From Arenicellales bacterium (lineage in GTDB: Bacteria; Pseudomonadota; Gammaproteobacteria; Arenicellales; JAJDZL01), in the NCBI GenBank assembly GCA_965205205.1, contig CBDBFX010000002.1:1821506-1885505 (forward strand): a stretch of DNA of 64,000 nucleotides. The letters are read 5' to 3'. Made by a program: the position numbers and the translations under genes. This document shows, in pieces, positions 27,379-37,010 of this stretch. The notes beneath the pieces are model-generated. The model was given only the letters and a program-made list of their open reading frames with translations, was not told where the DNA came from and did no database searches. Within the stretch, counting starts at the first letter, position 1. Each line of letters begins with the position of its first letter.

Positions 27379-28551
27379 ATGAAAAATTTCCGGCAAAAAA
27401 CTAAGGCGGTGAGAGTTGGGCAAGTTCGAACTGCTGAAAGGGAGCACAGCGACCCAATTTTCGCAACCTCAAGTTTCGTATTTGACAGTGCCGAGCACGC
27501 CGCGCAGATGTTCGCCGAACAAAGTTCCGGCAATATTTATTCCAGATTCACCAATCCTACGACACGTGCGTTTGAGGAACGTCTCGCCAGCCTTGAGAAT
27601 GCGCGTTTCTGTAGTGCAACGGCATCGGGAATGTCAGCAATCCTAGCTCTCTGCATGAGCACTCTTCACGCCGGTGATCGGATTGCCGCGACCAGGGGGC
27701 TGTTCGGTTCTACAGTTAATTTGTTTTCCAATGTCCTGACGCGGTTCGCAGTTGCGACGAGCTTCTATTCGCCAAGCGAAATCTGTTCCACCCAGCTTGA
27801 CCCCGCAACGCGTATTATTTTTATTGAAACTCCATCGAACCCAATCTGTGAAATTGTTGATATCGCCCGATTGGGGAAAATTGCCAAAGCACTTCCCAAC
27901 TGCATTTTGGTCGTTGATAACTGCGCCTGTACGCCCATCTTACAACAGCCACTGATGCTCGGTGCCGATGTTGTCATTCATTCGTCGACCAAATATCTGG
28001 ACGGTCAGGGTCGGGCGGTCGGTGGTGCAGTGGTCACCGATAATGCTGAGCTGGCGAAAGCAGTGCATGGCTTTCTGCGTACCGCGGGTCCTTCGATGAG
28101 TCCATTCAACGCATGGATTTTTCACAAAGGTCTCGAGACCCTGTCGGTTCGGATGAAGGAGTCCTGTTTAAACGCGACGAAAATTGCCAGCTGGCTGAAA
28201 GTTCAGCCAAGTGTAAACCGGGTGTACTATCCCGGATTGGAAGATCATCCCGGACACGAACTTGCCAGCCACCAGCAGAATGACTTCGGAGCACTGCTGT
28301 CTTTTGAATTGCAGGGTGGTAAAACAGCTGCGTGGAAATTTATTGATGGAGTACGTGTTTTTTCAGTTACCGGCAATTTGGGAGATGTGAAAAGCACCAT
28401 TACGCATCCTGCATCAACGACCCATTCGAGAGTGCAGGGGTCCGACCGAAAGCGGATGGGAATCAGTGATGGTCTGATTCGGCTTTCGATTGGCCTGGAA
28501 GACATTGATGATCTGATCGACGACCTGCAGTCTGCCATGGACTCCATCTGA
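27379..28551 (+). CDS. metZ: O-succinylhomoserine sulfhydrylase (PLP-dependent, Cys/Met metabolism family)
   Basis: 390 aa. The N-terminus RTAEREHSDPIFATSSFVFDSAEHAAQMFAEQSSGNIYSRFTNPTTRAFEERLASLE is MetZ-like, and the PLP lysine context STKYLDGQG is present. Confidence 0.85.
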   Translation: MKNFRQKTKAVRVGQVRTAEREHSDPIFATSSFVFDSAEHAAQMFAEQSSGNIYSRFTNPTTRAFEERLASLENARFCSATASGMSAILALCMSTLHAGDRIAATRGLFGSTVNLFSNVLTRFAVATSFYSPSEICSTQLDPATRIIFIETPSNPICEIVDIARLGKIAKALPNCILVVDNCACTPILQQPLMLGADVVIHSSTKYLDGQGRAVGGAVVTDNAELAKAVHGFLRTAGPSMSPFNAWIFHKGLETLSVRMKESCLNATKIASWLKVQPSVNRVYYPGLEDHPGHELASHQQNDFGALLSFELQGGKTAAWKFIDGVRVFSVTGNLGDVKSTITHPASTTHSRVQGSDRKRMGISDGLIRLSIGLEDIDDLIDDLQSAMDSI

Positions 28552-28798
28552 TGACACTTGCAGGTTTTCATCTATATTAAACAGACAAATAATTAATATT
28601 CATAATATCAATGCCATAAGGGAATAACTAATGTCAATTATGGCACCATTTAATGTACCGCAGGTGGCACTATTTCAGTTCATTTGACAATTATTGTAAA
28701 GTGCACGAACTATCGCTACATTGTCATTCGCAGATAATTTTGTCAATTTCCAATGACATTTTAGGCTGTTTCTTTTGGTTTCGAAATTTTGGTTATTG

Positions 28799-29974
28799 AT
28801 GAGGTGCAAAATGATGCTAATCCGCTATATTTCCCTTACCTTGCTAATGATACTGGTATCAATTCGTATCATCCAAGCTCAAGAGACGGAGTCGATATCT
28901 ACCTCGGTATGGTTGGAAAGTATGCAGACGGCTGCAGAGCAGGGCGATGCCGAAGTGCAGTTCGGCCTTGGAATGATGTATCGCTCTGGCGAGGGCGCCA
29001 TACCCTCCATCCAAGATGATGTTGAAGCCGCGCGCTGGTTTCAGAAGGCTGCGGAGCAGGGCCATGTCGAGGCTCAGTTCAACCTTGCATTGATGTATGA
29101 CTTAGGTGAAGGCGTGCCGGAAGACGATGTGGAAGCTGTGCACTGGTATCGGAAGGCGGCGGAGCAGGGTTATGTCGAGGCTCAGTTCAAGCTAGGACTG
29201 ATGTATGGCTTAGGTGAAGGCGTACCGGAAGACGATGTCGAAGCCGTGCGCTGGTTCCGGAAGGCGGCGGAGCAGGGTCATGGCAATGCTCAGTTCAACC
29301 TTGGCGCGATTTATGACTTAGGTGAAGGCATGCCGGAAGACGATGTCGAAGCCGTGCACTGGTATCGGAAGGCGGCGGAGCAGGGTCATGACAAGGCGCA
29401 GTACAACCTTGGCGCGATGTATGACTTTGGTGAAGGTGTGCCGGAAGACGATGTGGAAGCTGCGCACTGGTATCGGAAGGCGGCGGAGCAGGGTCATGAC
29501 AAGGCGCAGTACAACCTTGGCGCGATGTATGACTTTGGTGAAGGCGTGCCGGAAGACGATGTCGAAGCCGTGCGCTGGTACCGGATGGCCGCAGAACAGG
29601 GAGATGCCGATGTACAGTTCAACCTTGGCGCGATGTATGACTCTGATGAAGGTGCACTTCAAGACGATGTGGAAGCCGTGCACTGGTATCGGAAGGCGGC
29701 GGAGCAGGGTCATGACAAGGCGCAGTACAACCTTGGAGTGATGTATGACTTTGGTGAAGGTGTCCTCGAAGACGATGTCGAAGCCGTGCGCTGGTACCGG
29801 ATGGCCGCAGAACAGGGGGTTGCCCGTGCACAATTCAGCCTTGGCATGAAGTATAGCTTCGGTGAAGGTGTGTCTGAAGATGATGTCGAAGCAGAACACT
29901 GGATTCGGAAGGCCGCAGAGCAAGGTCATGCCCATGCGCCGCTCTTCCTTGAAATGATGTTGATGGATGACTAA
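28799..29974 (+). CDS. Secreted Sel1-repeat (SLR/TPR-like) protein, ten 36-aa repeats
   Basis: It has a signal peptide (MLIRYISLTLLMILVSIRIIQAQE) and ten repeats of the type AEQGhxxAQfNLGxMYdxGEGVPEDDVEAVxWYRKA. The start is uncertain (ATG at 28799, 28811 or 28814). The flanks are AT-rich. Confidence 0.85.
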   Translation: MRCKMMLIRYISLTLLMILVSIRIIQAQETESISTSVWLESMQTAAEQGDAEVQFGLGMMYRSGEGAIPSIQDDVEAARWFQKAAEQGHVEAQFNLALMYDLGEGVPEDDVEAVHWYRKAAEQGYVEAQFKLGLMYGLGEGVPEDDVEAVRWFRKAAEQGHGNAQFNLGAIYDLGEGMPEDDVEAVHWYRKAAEQGHDKAQYNLGAMYDFGEGVPEDDVEAAHWYRKAAEQGHDKAQYNLGAMYDFGEGVPEDDVEAVRWYRMAAEQGDADVQFNLGAMYDSDEGALQDDVEAVHWYRKAAEQGHDKAQYNLGVMYDFGEGVLEDDVEAVRWYRMAAEQGVARAQFSLGMKYSFGEGVSEDDVEAEHWIRKAAEQGHAHAPLFLEMMLMDD

Positions 29975-30222
29975 TGTCAGAAATCCCGACACAATCCAAT
30001 CATTATGATCAATATTCCAACTGTGGAGCAACCGGACGCGTCCATCGCTTGGCAGATTTTCAGCGGCCGTTCCGCTTCCTTTGTCTGAACTTTCAGCTAT
30101 GATGGCCCGACGGTCAATTGTTCCATTTTTACGACCGTCCATTAACCCACTGATTTGACAAACCTATCAGTGAACGACTGTTGATATCGACTGCCTTGGT
30201 TAGGAAGTCTGAGTGTAAGTGT

Positions 30223-30353
30223 GTACCTGATGACAATGTCGAAGTCGAAGCCGTACGCTGGCATCGCAAGGCCGCGGAGCAGGGAGACGCCTATCTGCCC
30301 ATATTGCGTAGACTGTTCAAGTTCATATTGGGAAAATCTAAATTCAACCATTA
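30223..30353 (+). pseudogene. Orphan Sel1-repeat fragment
   Basis: It translates to VPDDNVEVEAVRWHRKAAEQGDAYLPILRRLFKF, matching one Sel1 unit of the upstream gene at both DNA and protein level. It has no start codon or upstream repeats. Confidence 0.4.
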
Positions 30354-30365
30354 ATTGTTCTGAAT

Positions 30366-30787
30366 TTAAATCGAGTCGGAATTCGTTCTATCCATTAAAC
30401 AATTGAAAATGATAGCGAAATGACATGTTTTTACATTCTGCCAAGTTATCCTTATATACTTGTGAGCGATACACGAATCCGCTGTCTTCCAGTACCAGCT
30501 TGAGTAACCGCGCATCCCAGCGGCGTTCCTTGGAGCGTCCGTGGTTGGACTTGGTTTAACCTCGATCTGACCCTTGAAGAAAGTGCTCGTCAGATCGAAC
30601 AGACGGTCCATGCCCAGTCGGCTGTCCGCCCACAGGCCGACATGTTCGATGCCGACCGCATGGGGCGGCGGTTCTCAATCTGCTTCAGGCTGAACCTCCG
30701 GTTGCACTGGTAAGTCTGATCGCTGGAACCGTCTTTTCGGGTGCTGGTTTTGGTCTGTCGAATATACATAGCGTCAATAGACACCAA
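30366..30787 (-). pseudogene. Multi-frame coding debris, possibly a mobile-element remnant
   Basis: Two consecutive short ORFs lie in different frames (VSIDAMYIRQTK..., then ...GYSSWYWKTADS...). A third frame gives ERRWDARLLKLVLEDSGFVYRSQ. No intact gene is present and the family was not identified. Confidence 0.2.
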
Positions 30788-30982
30788 ATGTGGGTTGCGA
30801 TGGATCGAATATTGAATATGATGGCACTATATTCGGCAGGACAAAATCGAAGACGAAGATGTCTGAATACAGTGGCACTGAGATGGACGAGAATAATGAA
30901 AGCGGTGGGTTTCAGCCTGAAGTCGCCGAAATCTTGTTAAACGCGGGTTCGGCACATGACTGCGGCCTGCATCCACGGTTGT

Positions 30983-31900
30983 TCAGTGTGTAACAGAATC
31001 CAAAAGCGCATTGGCTACGCGAGACATGGGACGCCGATTGAAATGCGAGCAAATGAACGCCGACACTCTGAGCAGGTCATCCAGTCCCACGCCCGTGTTT
31101 AGACCCATTCCGTTCAGCATATAGATAACGTCCTCCGTCGCAACGTTGCCACTGGCTCCTGGCGCATAAGGACATCCGCCCAATCCACCGATTGAACTGT
31201 CTATGACGCGGATGCCGCGGTCCAAGGCGACCGTGATGTTGGGAAGGGCTTGACCGTATGTGTCATGAAAGTGAACGGCAATCGATTCCGACGCGACGGA
31301 ACCGGCGAGTGTGCGCAGCAGGTCGCGGGTGGTGTTGATGGTTCCAACGCCAATCGTATCGCCAAGAGAAACTTCATAACAGCCCAGTTCAATCAGCCGC
31401 TCAACGACTGTTACCACACTGCCACAGTCAATTTTTCCCTCATAGGGGCAACCAAGTACACAGGAAACATAACCGCGAACAGGGATGCCGAGTTCCTGCG
31501 CTTTGGCGACGACCGGTCGGAATCTCTCAAACGACTCATCGATACTGCAGTTGATGTTCTTTTGTGAGAAAGATTCAGAGGCCGCTGAAAAGACCGCGAT
31601 CTGGTCGACCCGGGCGGCAATCGCATCGGTCATTCCGGTCATGTTTGGAACCAGCGCCAGCAGGGATACATCACCCAGACGTTTGACTTTTTCCAGCACC
31701 TGTGCGGTGTTGGCCATCGTCGGTACCCATTTGGCCGATACGAAACTACCCACTTCAATGGTCTTTAGGCCGCAGGTGGACAATTGATTGATAAGTTCAG
31801 AGCGGAAATCCTCCGAAGTGCACTCCGGTTCATTCTGAAGTCCGTCACGAGGTCCGACCTCCACAATTCGGACGAAATCAGGTGGACTCGTACTCATCAT
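30983..31900 (-). CDS. liuE: Hydroxymethylglutaryl-CoA lyase
   Basis: The motif VRIVEVGPRDGLQNE is followed by an HMGL-like TIM barrel. The start is taken at the MM at 31900/31897, overlapping the liuD end. It is the last gene of the liu operon. Confidence 0.85.
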   Translation of the reverse strand: MMSTSPPDFVRIVEVGPRDGLQNEPECTSEDFRSELINQLSTCGLKTIEVGSFVSAKWVPTMANTAQVLEKVKRLGDVSLLALVPNMTGMTDAIAARVDQIAVFSAASESFSQKNINCSIDESFERFRPVVAKAQELGIPVRGYVSCVLGCPYEGKIDCGSVVTVVERLIELGCYEVSLGDTIGVGTINTTRDLLRTLAGSVASESIAVHFHDTYGQALPNITVALDRGIRVIDSSIGGLGGCPYAPGASGNVATEDVIYMLNGMGLNTGVGLDDLLRVSAFICSHFNRRPMSRVANALLDSVTH

Positions 31901-33914
31901 GAAGCTTTCCTTCTGACCCGTCTGCAGGCTCGACAACAATACAGCCCACTCCTTCTTCCACTAGATCATTTTCACTAAATGGAATTGATGTTACCACACC
32001 ATTGATCGGACTGGCGATCGGGTGTTCCATCTTCATCGCTTCGATAACAATCAGAAGTTGTCCAGTCGACACCATGTCACCCTTGTTAACCAATACGCGG
32101 GCGATTCTACCCGGAAGTGGGGCCGTCAGCGATCCTGCGTCTGAACTTGAGGGGTCCGCTTTCGAAAGCTGTTCCGATAGAAGTAGCTCGTATCGCCTGC
32201 AGTTCGCAAACAGGTAGATCGTATCGTCCTGCAGTGCCACCGCAACTGACCAGTTCTTATCGTCAATCGTAAATGTCACCTGATTTTCGGTCATGTGAAA
32301 ATTCGTGCAAGTCAGTTTATGATCTTTGCTTTTTACATTGATCTCCCGCTTGCCAAACGATGCCAGGACATTGTAAACGCGGTGCCCATCATCGAAACTG
32401 CAGGCGAACTCTCTCCGTGAATTGAGTCGCCAGCCGCCACTCCTGCGCCATGGCGAATGAAGATCGTCACTGTCGACGAAATCGGTCGTTTTTTCTTTCG
32501 CCGACCGTGCGGCGAGATAGAGCAGTGCCGCCACCAGCATCTCAAAAGGCAGCGCCGTTTCTGCATAGGTCAGATGCTGCAGATGATTTTCGACGAACTT
32601 GATGTCAATCGCATCTTTCTGGAATGCAGAATCTTCCAGCAGCTTCGATAGAAACTCGATATTGGTGTCAACCCCTCCCACATGCAGATCGTTCAATCCC
32701 TGCCGCAATCGTTCAATGGCGTTCTTTCGGTCTTTGTCGTGGACTACGATTTTTGCAATCAAGGAGTCATAATGCACATCGACCAAGTCACCCTGCCGCA
32801 CCCCTATGTGCATCTGTAGGCGATCTGATTCGACCGGCAGGTGCAGATATCTTATGTGCCCGGGCGACGGCAGAAAATCCTTTGCCGGATTTTCTGCATA
32901 GATGCGCGCCTGAATGGAGTGTCCGGTCGGTTTTTTCGGCACATGGATTTGCGAAATCGATTCACCGGCGGCAATTCTGAGTTGCCACTCGACCAAATCA
33001 ACTCCGGCTATCCGCTCGGTTACCGGGTGTTCAACCTGTAGCCTGGTGTTCATTTCCATGAAGTAAAACTGATCATTCGCCAGCAGAAACTCTACGGTCC
33101 CCACGTTGTGATAGTTCAGAGCCTTGGTGAGAGATGTCGCAGCATCGTACATTTGTTGCCGAATTTTTTCGGAGATTGAAGGTGAACGCGCCTCTTCCAC
33201 GATTTTTTGATACCGCCGCTGTGCGGAACAGTCGCGGTCGAACAGATGGATGACATGGCCGCGTTTGTCAGCCGCAATCTGAACTTCGACATGTCTGGCT
33301 GGCGAAAGATACTTTTCGACGATCATCAGGTCATCGCCGAAGAATTCGCGGGCCTGTGCTCTGACAGCCTGCAGGCACTTGGCAAACTCTTTTTCCGAGT
33401 GTACGATGCTCATGCCTCGGCCACCGCCGCCGAAAGCCGCTTTGATGAGCACCGGGAAGCCGATTTCGCGTACCCGCTCAAGCATTTTGGCGCCATGCTG
33501 CTCCGATTCGCGAAATCCGGGTAAGACCGGGATGCCTGCCTGGATTGCGATTTCAGCCGCTTTCAGCTTGGAAGCCATACATTGGATGGCGATCGAAGGC
33601 GGACCGATGAACTCGATGCCGGTATCTTCACATGCCTGACTCAAGATGCCACTTTCGGACAGAAAGCCGTACCCTGGATGAAGTGAATCGGCACCGACCT
33701 GTCTCGCAGCCTGCATGATTCGTTCAACATTCAGGTAACTCTCGGACGGGCGCGAAGCACCGATATAAATTGACTCGTCGGCCAGCGTCGTGTGCAGAGC
33801 GTGACGGTCGGCATCGGAATACACGGTGGCGACTGGGATTTGGAGACGGCGCGCGGTTCGAATGATCCGGCAGGCGATTTCCCCGCGGTTGGCGATCAGC
33901 AGTTTACGGAACAA
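31878..33914 (-). CDS. liuD: 3-methylcrotonyl-CoA carboxylase alpha subunit (biotin carboxylase plus BCCP)
   Basis: It has KLLIANRGEIACRIIRTARR, an ATP-grasp domain and the C-terminal biotinylation motif EAMKMEH. The likely start is the TTG at 33914 with AGGA 8 nt upstream, 14 nt after the liuC stop. The ORF-track start at 34013 overlaps liuC. Confidence 0.9.
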   Translation of the reverse strand: MFRKLLIANRGEIACRIIRTARRLQIPVATVYSDADRHALHTTLADESIYIGASRPSESYLNVERIMQAARQVGADSLHPGYGFLSESGILSQACEDTGIEFIGPPSIAIQCMASKLKAAEIAIQAGIPVLPGFRESEQHGAKMLERVREIGFPVLIKAAFGGGGRGMSIVHSEKEFAKCLQAVRAQAREFFGDDLMIVEKYLSPARHVEVQIAADKRGHVIHLFDRDCSAQRRYQKIVEEARSPSISEKIRQQMYDAATSLTKALNYHNVGTVEFLLANDQFYFMEMNTRLQVEHPVTERIAGVDLVEWQLRIAAGESISQIHVPKKPTGHSIQARIYAENPAKDFLPSPGHIRYLHLPVESDRLQMHIGVRQGDLVDVHYDSLIAKIVVHDKDRKNAIERLRQGLNDLHVGGVDTNIEFLSKLLEDSAFQKDAIDIKFVENHLQHLTYAETALPFEMLVAALLYLAARSAKEKTTDFVDSDDLHSPWRRSGGWRLNSRREFACSFDDGHRVYNVLASFGKREINVKSKDHKLTCTNFHMTENQVTFTIDDKNWSVAVALQDDTIYLFANCRRYELLLSEQLSKADPSSSDAGSLTAPLPGRIARVLVNKGDMVSTGQLLIVIEAMKMEHPIASPINGVVTSIPFSENDLVEEGVGCIVVEPADGSEGKLHDEYEST

Positions 33915-33927
33915 TATTGAATTCCTG

Positions 33928-34728
33928 TCAGGAATGACGCCAGTTGGGACGTCGCTTGGCAAGAAAGGCGCCAACACCTTCACGACCCTCATCGGATGCT
34001 CTGATCTCAGCAATCAACTCGGCCGTATGGGTTCGAATATCGCCGTCCATTGCCGGTGATAAGGCACCTGCGATAAGGCCTTTAGCCGCTTTCTGCGCCT
34101 GGGGAGCGGCCGCGAGCAGTTCACGGAGCATGCGGGCTTCAGCCGCCGGCAGTTCATCTTTGTGAATCGTTTCGTGAATCAGATTTGAACGATGGGCTGC
34201 CGCCGCATCAAACCTTTCGCCGGTCAGAATATAACGTCTGCCAGTTCGAGGGCCCATTGCGTTTACTACATACGGGCCAATGACGGCTGGAATCAAACCG
34301 AGTTTGACTTCCGACAGGCTGAAAATCGACGCACTCTCCGCAATGACGACATCACAACAGGCAACGAGCCCGACGCCACCGCCGAAAATTGAACCATGAA
34401 CCACTCCCAAAGTAGGTCGTGAGAAACTGTATAACGCATACATCATGTCCGCCATCCGCAGTGCATCGCGGTAGTTTTCATCCGCCGCACGGTCGGCACT
34501 GCGCTTCATCCAATTCAGATCTGCGCCAGCGCAGAAACTCGTCCCCGCGCCTTTAACGCACAGTACCCGAATCGTATCATCCGCCTGCAGCTGCTGCAGC
34601 GCGTTCGTGATCTCTTCAATCATCATTTCATCGAACGCATTGTGAACCTCCGGGCGATTCAACAGCAGTGTGCAGACTCCTGCAGAGTTCACATCAATTC
34701 GGATGGTATGGTAACCGTCAGACGACAT
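33928..34728 (-). CDS. liuC: Methylglutaconyl-CoA hydratase (enoyl-CoA hydratase family)
   Basis: 266-aa crotonase fold (FCAGADL ... GGGVGLVACCD) located between the two carboxylase subunits. Confidence 0.8.
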   Translation of the reverse strand: MSSDGYHTIRIDVNSAGVCTLLLNRPEVHNAFDEMMIEEITNALQQLQADDTIRVLCVKGAGTSFCAGADLNWMKRSADRAADENYRDALRMADMMYALYSFSRPTLGVVHGSIFGGGVGLVACCDVVIAESASIFSLSEVKLGLIPAVIGPYVVNAMGPRTGRRYILTGERFDAAAAHRSNLIHETIHKDELPAAEARMLRELLAAAPQAQKAAKGLIAGALSPAMDGDIRTHTAELIAEIRASDEGREGVGAFLAKRRPNWRHS

Positions 34729-34736
34729 GAAGACTA

Positions 34737-36338
34737 CTACATTCTGAAAATGCCGAACCGAGTCGGTTCAGTTGGTGCGTTGTAGGCGACTGACAGCCCC
34801 AGCCCCAGTACGGTCCGCGTATCTAGTGGATCGATGATGCCGTCATCCCATAGTCTGGCACTTGAATAGTATGGGACGCCCTCGGATTCATACTGCTCCA
34901 GGATCGCACGTTTGAATTCGCGCTGTTCCGACTCAGGCCATGATCCGTTCTTCATTCCGTCGGCCCGTACCTGTGTAAGCACGTTGCCGGCCTGTTCACC
35001 ACCCATTACGGAGATTCTCGCATTTGGCCACATCCACAGAAACCTGGGTGAATAGGCGCGCCCACACATGGCATAGTTTCCAGCACCAAAACTGCCACCA
35101 ATGATGACTGTAAATTTGGGCACCTGCGCACAGGCAACAGCGGTTACCATCTTCGCACCATCCTTGGCTATACCGCCTGCTTCATACTTTTTTCCAACCA
35201 TGAATCCAGAGATGTTCTGCAGAAAAATCAGCGGAATATTTCTCTGGCAGCACAGCTCGATGAAGTGCGTCGCTTTAAGTGCCGATTCAGAGTAGAGAAT
35301 CCCCCGGTTGGCGATCATTCCAACGGGATAGCCCATCAGGTGGGCAAATCCACACACTAGGGTATCGGCATACAGTCGTTTGAATTCATGAAATTCACTG
35401 CCGTCGACGATGCGTGCGATGACTTCTCTTACATCGTATGACTGTCTGAGATCCGTGGGTACGATGCCATAAATGTCACTTGCCTCATACAGAGGTGCCC
35501 GCGGTTCTCGCACTTCAATATTCAAGCGCTTCGGTCGATTCAGGGTTGCAACGATGTCGCGGATCATGGTCAGCGCGTGCTCATCGCTGTCGGCGCGATG
35601 ATCGGTAATTCCAGATTGCTTTGAGTGAACATCTGCGCCGCCCAGCTCTTCGGCCGAGACATCTTCACCCGTCGCCGCCTTCACCAGTGGCGGTCCTCCC
35701 AGAAATATGGTGCCTTGGCCCTGAACGATGATGGACTCGTCGCACATCGACGGCACATAAGCGCCGCCCGCGGTACAGGATCCCATGACTGCGGCGATTT
35801 GAGGTATGCCGGCGGCTGACATGGTCGCCTGATTGAAAAAAATCCGTCCAAAGTGATCCCGATCTGGAAACACCTCATCCTGTTTGGGAAGAAAGGCGCC
35901 ACCTGAATCAACCAGATAGATGCAGGGCAGGTGATTTTGAGACGCTATTTCCTGGGCGCGCAGATGTTTTTTGACCGTTATCGGGAAATAGGTGCCACCC
36001 TTGACCGTCGCATCGTTGGCAAAAACCATGCACTCCCGTCCCTGGATCGATCCGATGCCAGTTACAATGCCGGCGGCCGGTACGTCTTCGTCGTACAACT
36101 TATAAGCGGCATAAGGTGCGATTTCCAGAAACGGTGATCCTCGGTCAAGCAGCAGATTGATGCGGTCCCGCGCGTGCAGCTTGCCCCTCGATTCATGCTT
36201 TCTGCGCGCCAGAGAATCCGTTCCTTCCTGAATGTCTCTGAGTGTTTCATTGAGCGTGTCAACCAGACCTGACATGGCTTTGGCACGCGCGATGAACTCG
36301 GGGCTCCGGCAGTTGATGCTAGACGGAATAACTGGCAT
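34737..36338 (-). CDS. liuB: 3-methylcrotonyl-CoA carboxylase beta subunit (carboxyltransferase)
   Basis: 533 aa with carboxyltransferase N and C domains ([38 protein letters not shown]). Confidence 0.9.
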   Translation of the reverse strand: MPVIPSSINCRSPEFIARAKAMSGLVDTLNETLRDIQEGTDSLARRKHESRGKLHARDRINLLLDRGSPFLEIAPYAAYKLYDEDVPAAGIVTGIGSIQGRECMVFANDATVKGGTYFPITVKKHLRAQEIASQNHLPCIYLVDSGGAFLPKQDEVFPDRDHFGRIFFNQATMSAAGIPQIAAVMGSCTAGGAYVPSMCDESIIVQGQGTIFLGGPPLVKAATGEDVSAEELGGADVHSKQSGITDHRADSDEHALTMIRDIVATLNRPKRLNIEVREPRAPLYEASDIYGIVPTDLRQSYDVREVIARIVDGSEFHEFKRLYADTLVCGFAHLMGYPVGMIANRGILYSESALKATHFIELCCQRNIPLIFLQNISGFMVGKKYEAGGIAKDGAKMVTAVACAQVPKFTVIIGGSFGAGNYAMCGRAYSPRFLWMWPNARISVMGGEQAGNVLTQVRADGMKNGSWPESEQREFKRAILEQYESEGVPYYSSARLWDDGIIDPLDTRTVLGLGLSVAYNAPTEPTRFGIFRM

Positions 36339-36371
36339 TAAATGATCGGAATGACTGAACGGGTGATGCGC

Positions 36372-36977
36372 TTACCAGCCACCGGAAGTAATCCACGACT
36401 CGACGTGATTGAGACGGTCGTGTCCCCAGAATGGTTCATCGTCGACAATAAAAAATGGCGATCCGAATACGTGTCGCGCGATGGCCTTATCGGTCTCCTC
36501 CCGCACCTTGACTTTGATATCCTCGTTCTGCAATGCGGCCGTCACTTTTTTGCCATCATATCCGCATTGTGTGGCGATTTCGATCATGGCGGATGCTTCG
36601 GCAATGTTCACGTCATCAATGAAATAGGCTCGAAAAATGGCCTTGGCCAGCCTGCTGGCCGGATCGTCGCCATACCTCTCTCTCACCCAATAGAACGTTC
36701 GGTTCGCAGTTACGCTGGAGACCGGAAACAGACTGGGAATATTGAATTCAATGTCATGGAATCGGGCGACCCGCGCCAAATCGCGGGCGCTGTAGTCGTT
36801 AATCATCGGAATCTGAACCAGCGGTTGACGGCCGGTTACTTTCATAACCGCCCCCATGACATAGGGGCGCCAGTTGATCCTGCAGTCACAGCGCTGGGCG
36901 AAGTCGTCCATCATCTCACTTGAAAAATAGCCGTACGGCGATGAAAAATCAAAGTAAAAATCGACAATTCGGTCCAT
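36372..36977 (-). CDS. 2-hydroxychromene-2-carboxylate isomerase / DsbA-like thioredoxin-fold protein
   Basis: The N-terminus reads MDRIVDFYFDFSSPYGYF, and FGSPFFIVDDEPFWGHDRL lies near the C-terminus. Both are signatures of the HCCA isomerase family. An alternative GTG start is at 36992. Confidence 0.75.
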   Translation of the reverse strand: MDRIVDFYFDFSSPYGYFSSEMMDDFAQRCDCRINWRPYVMGAVMKVTGRQPLVQIPMINDYSARDLARVARFHDIEFNIPSLFPVSSVTANRTFYWVRERYGDDPASRLAKAIFRAYFIDDVNIAEASAMIEIATQCGYDGKKVTAALQNEDIKVKVREETDKAIARHVFGSPFFIVDDEPFWGHDRLNHVESWITSGGW

Positions 36978-37010
36978 GACTGATACTTTCACTGAGCAGG
37001 ATTGATGACC

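Noticed and set aside
29318-30142. 274-aa ORF antisense to the Sel1-repeat gene (also 29322..29741 and 29619..29831).
   Set aside because: It is a mirror artefact of the 108-bp repeats. Its repeat pattern simply tracks the sense-strand Sel1 units, which have a clear family signature and a signal peptide.
36342-36923. 193-aa plus-strand ORF opposite the HCCA-isomerase/DsbA-like gene.
   Set aside because: The minus-strand product carries the family signatures DFYFDFSSPYGYF and PFFIVDDEPFWGHDRL, and it fits the operon direction.
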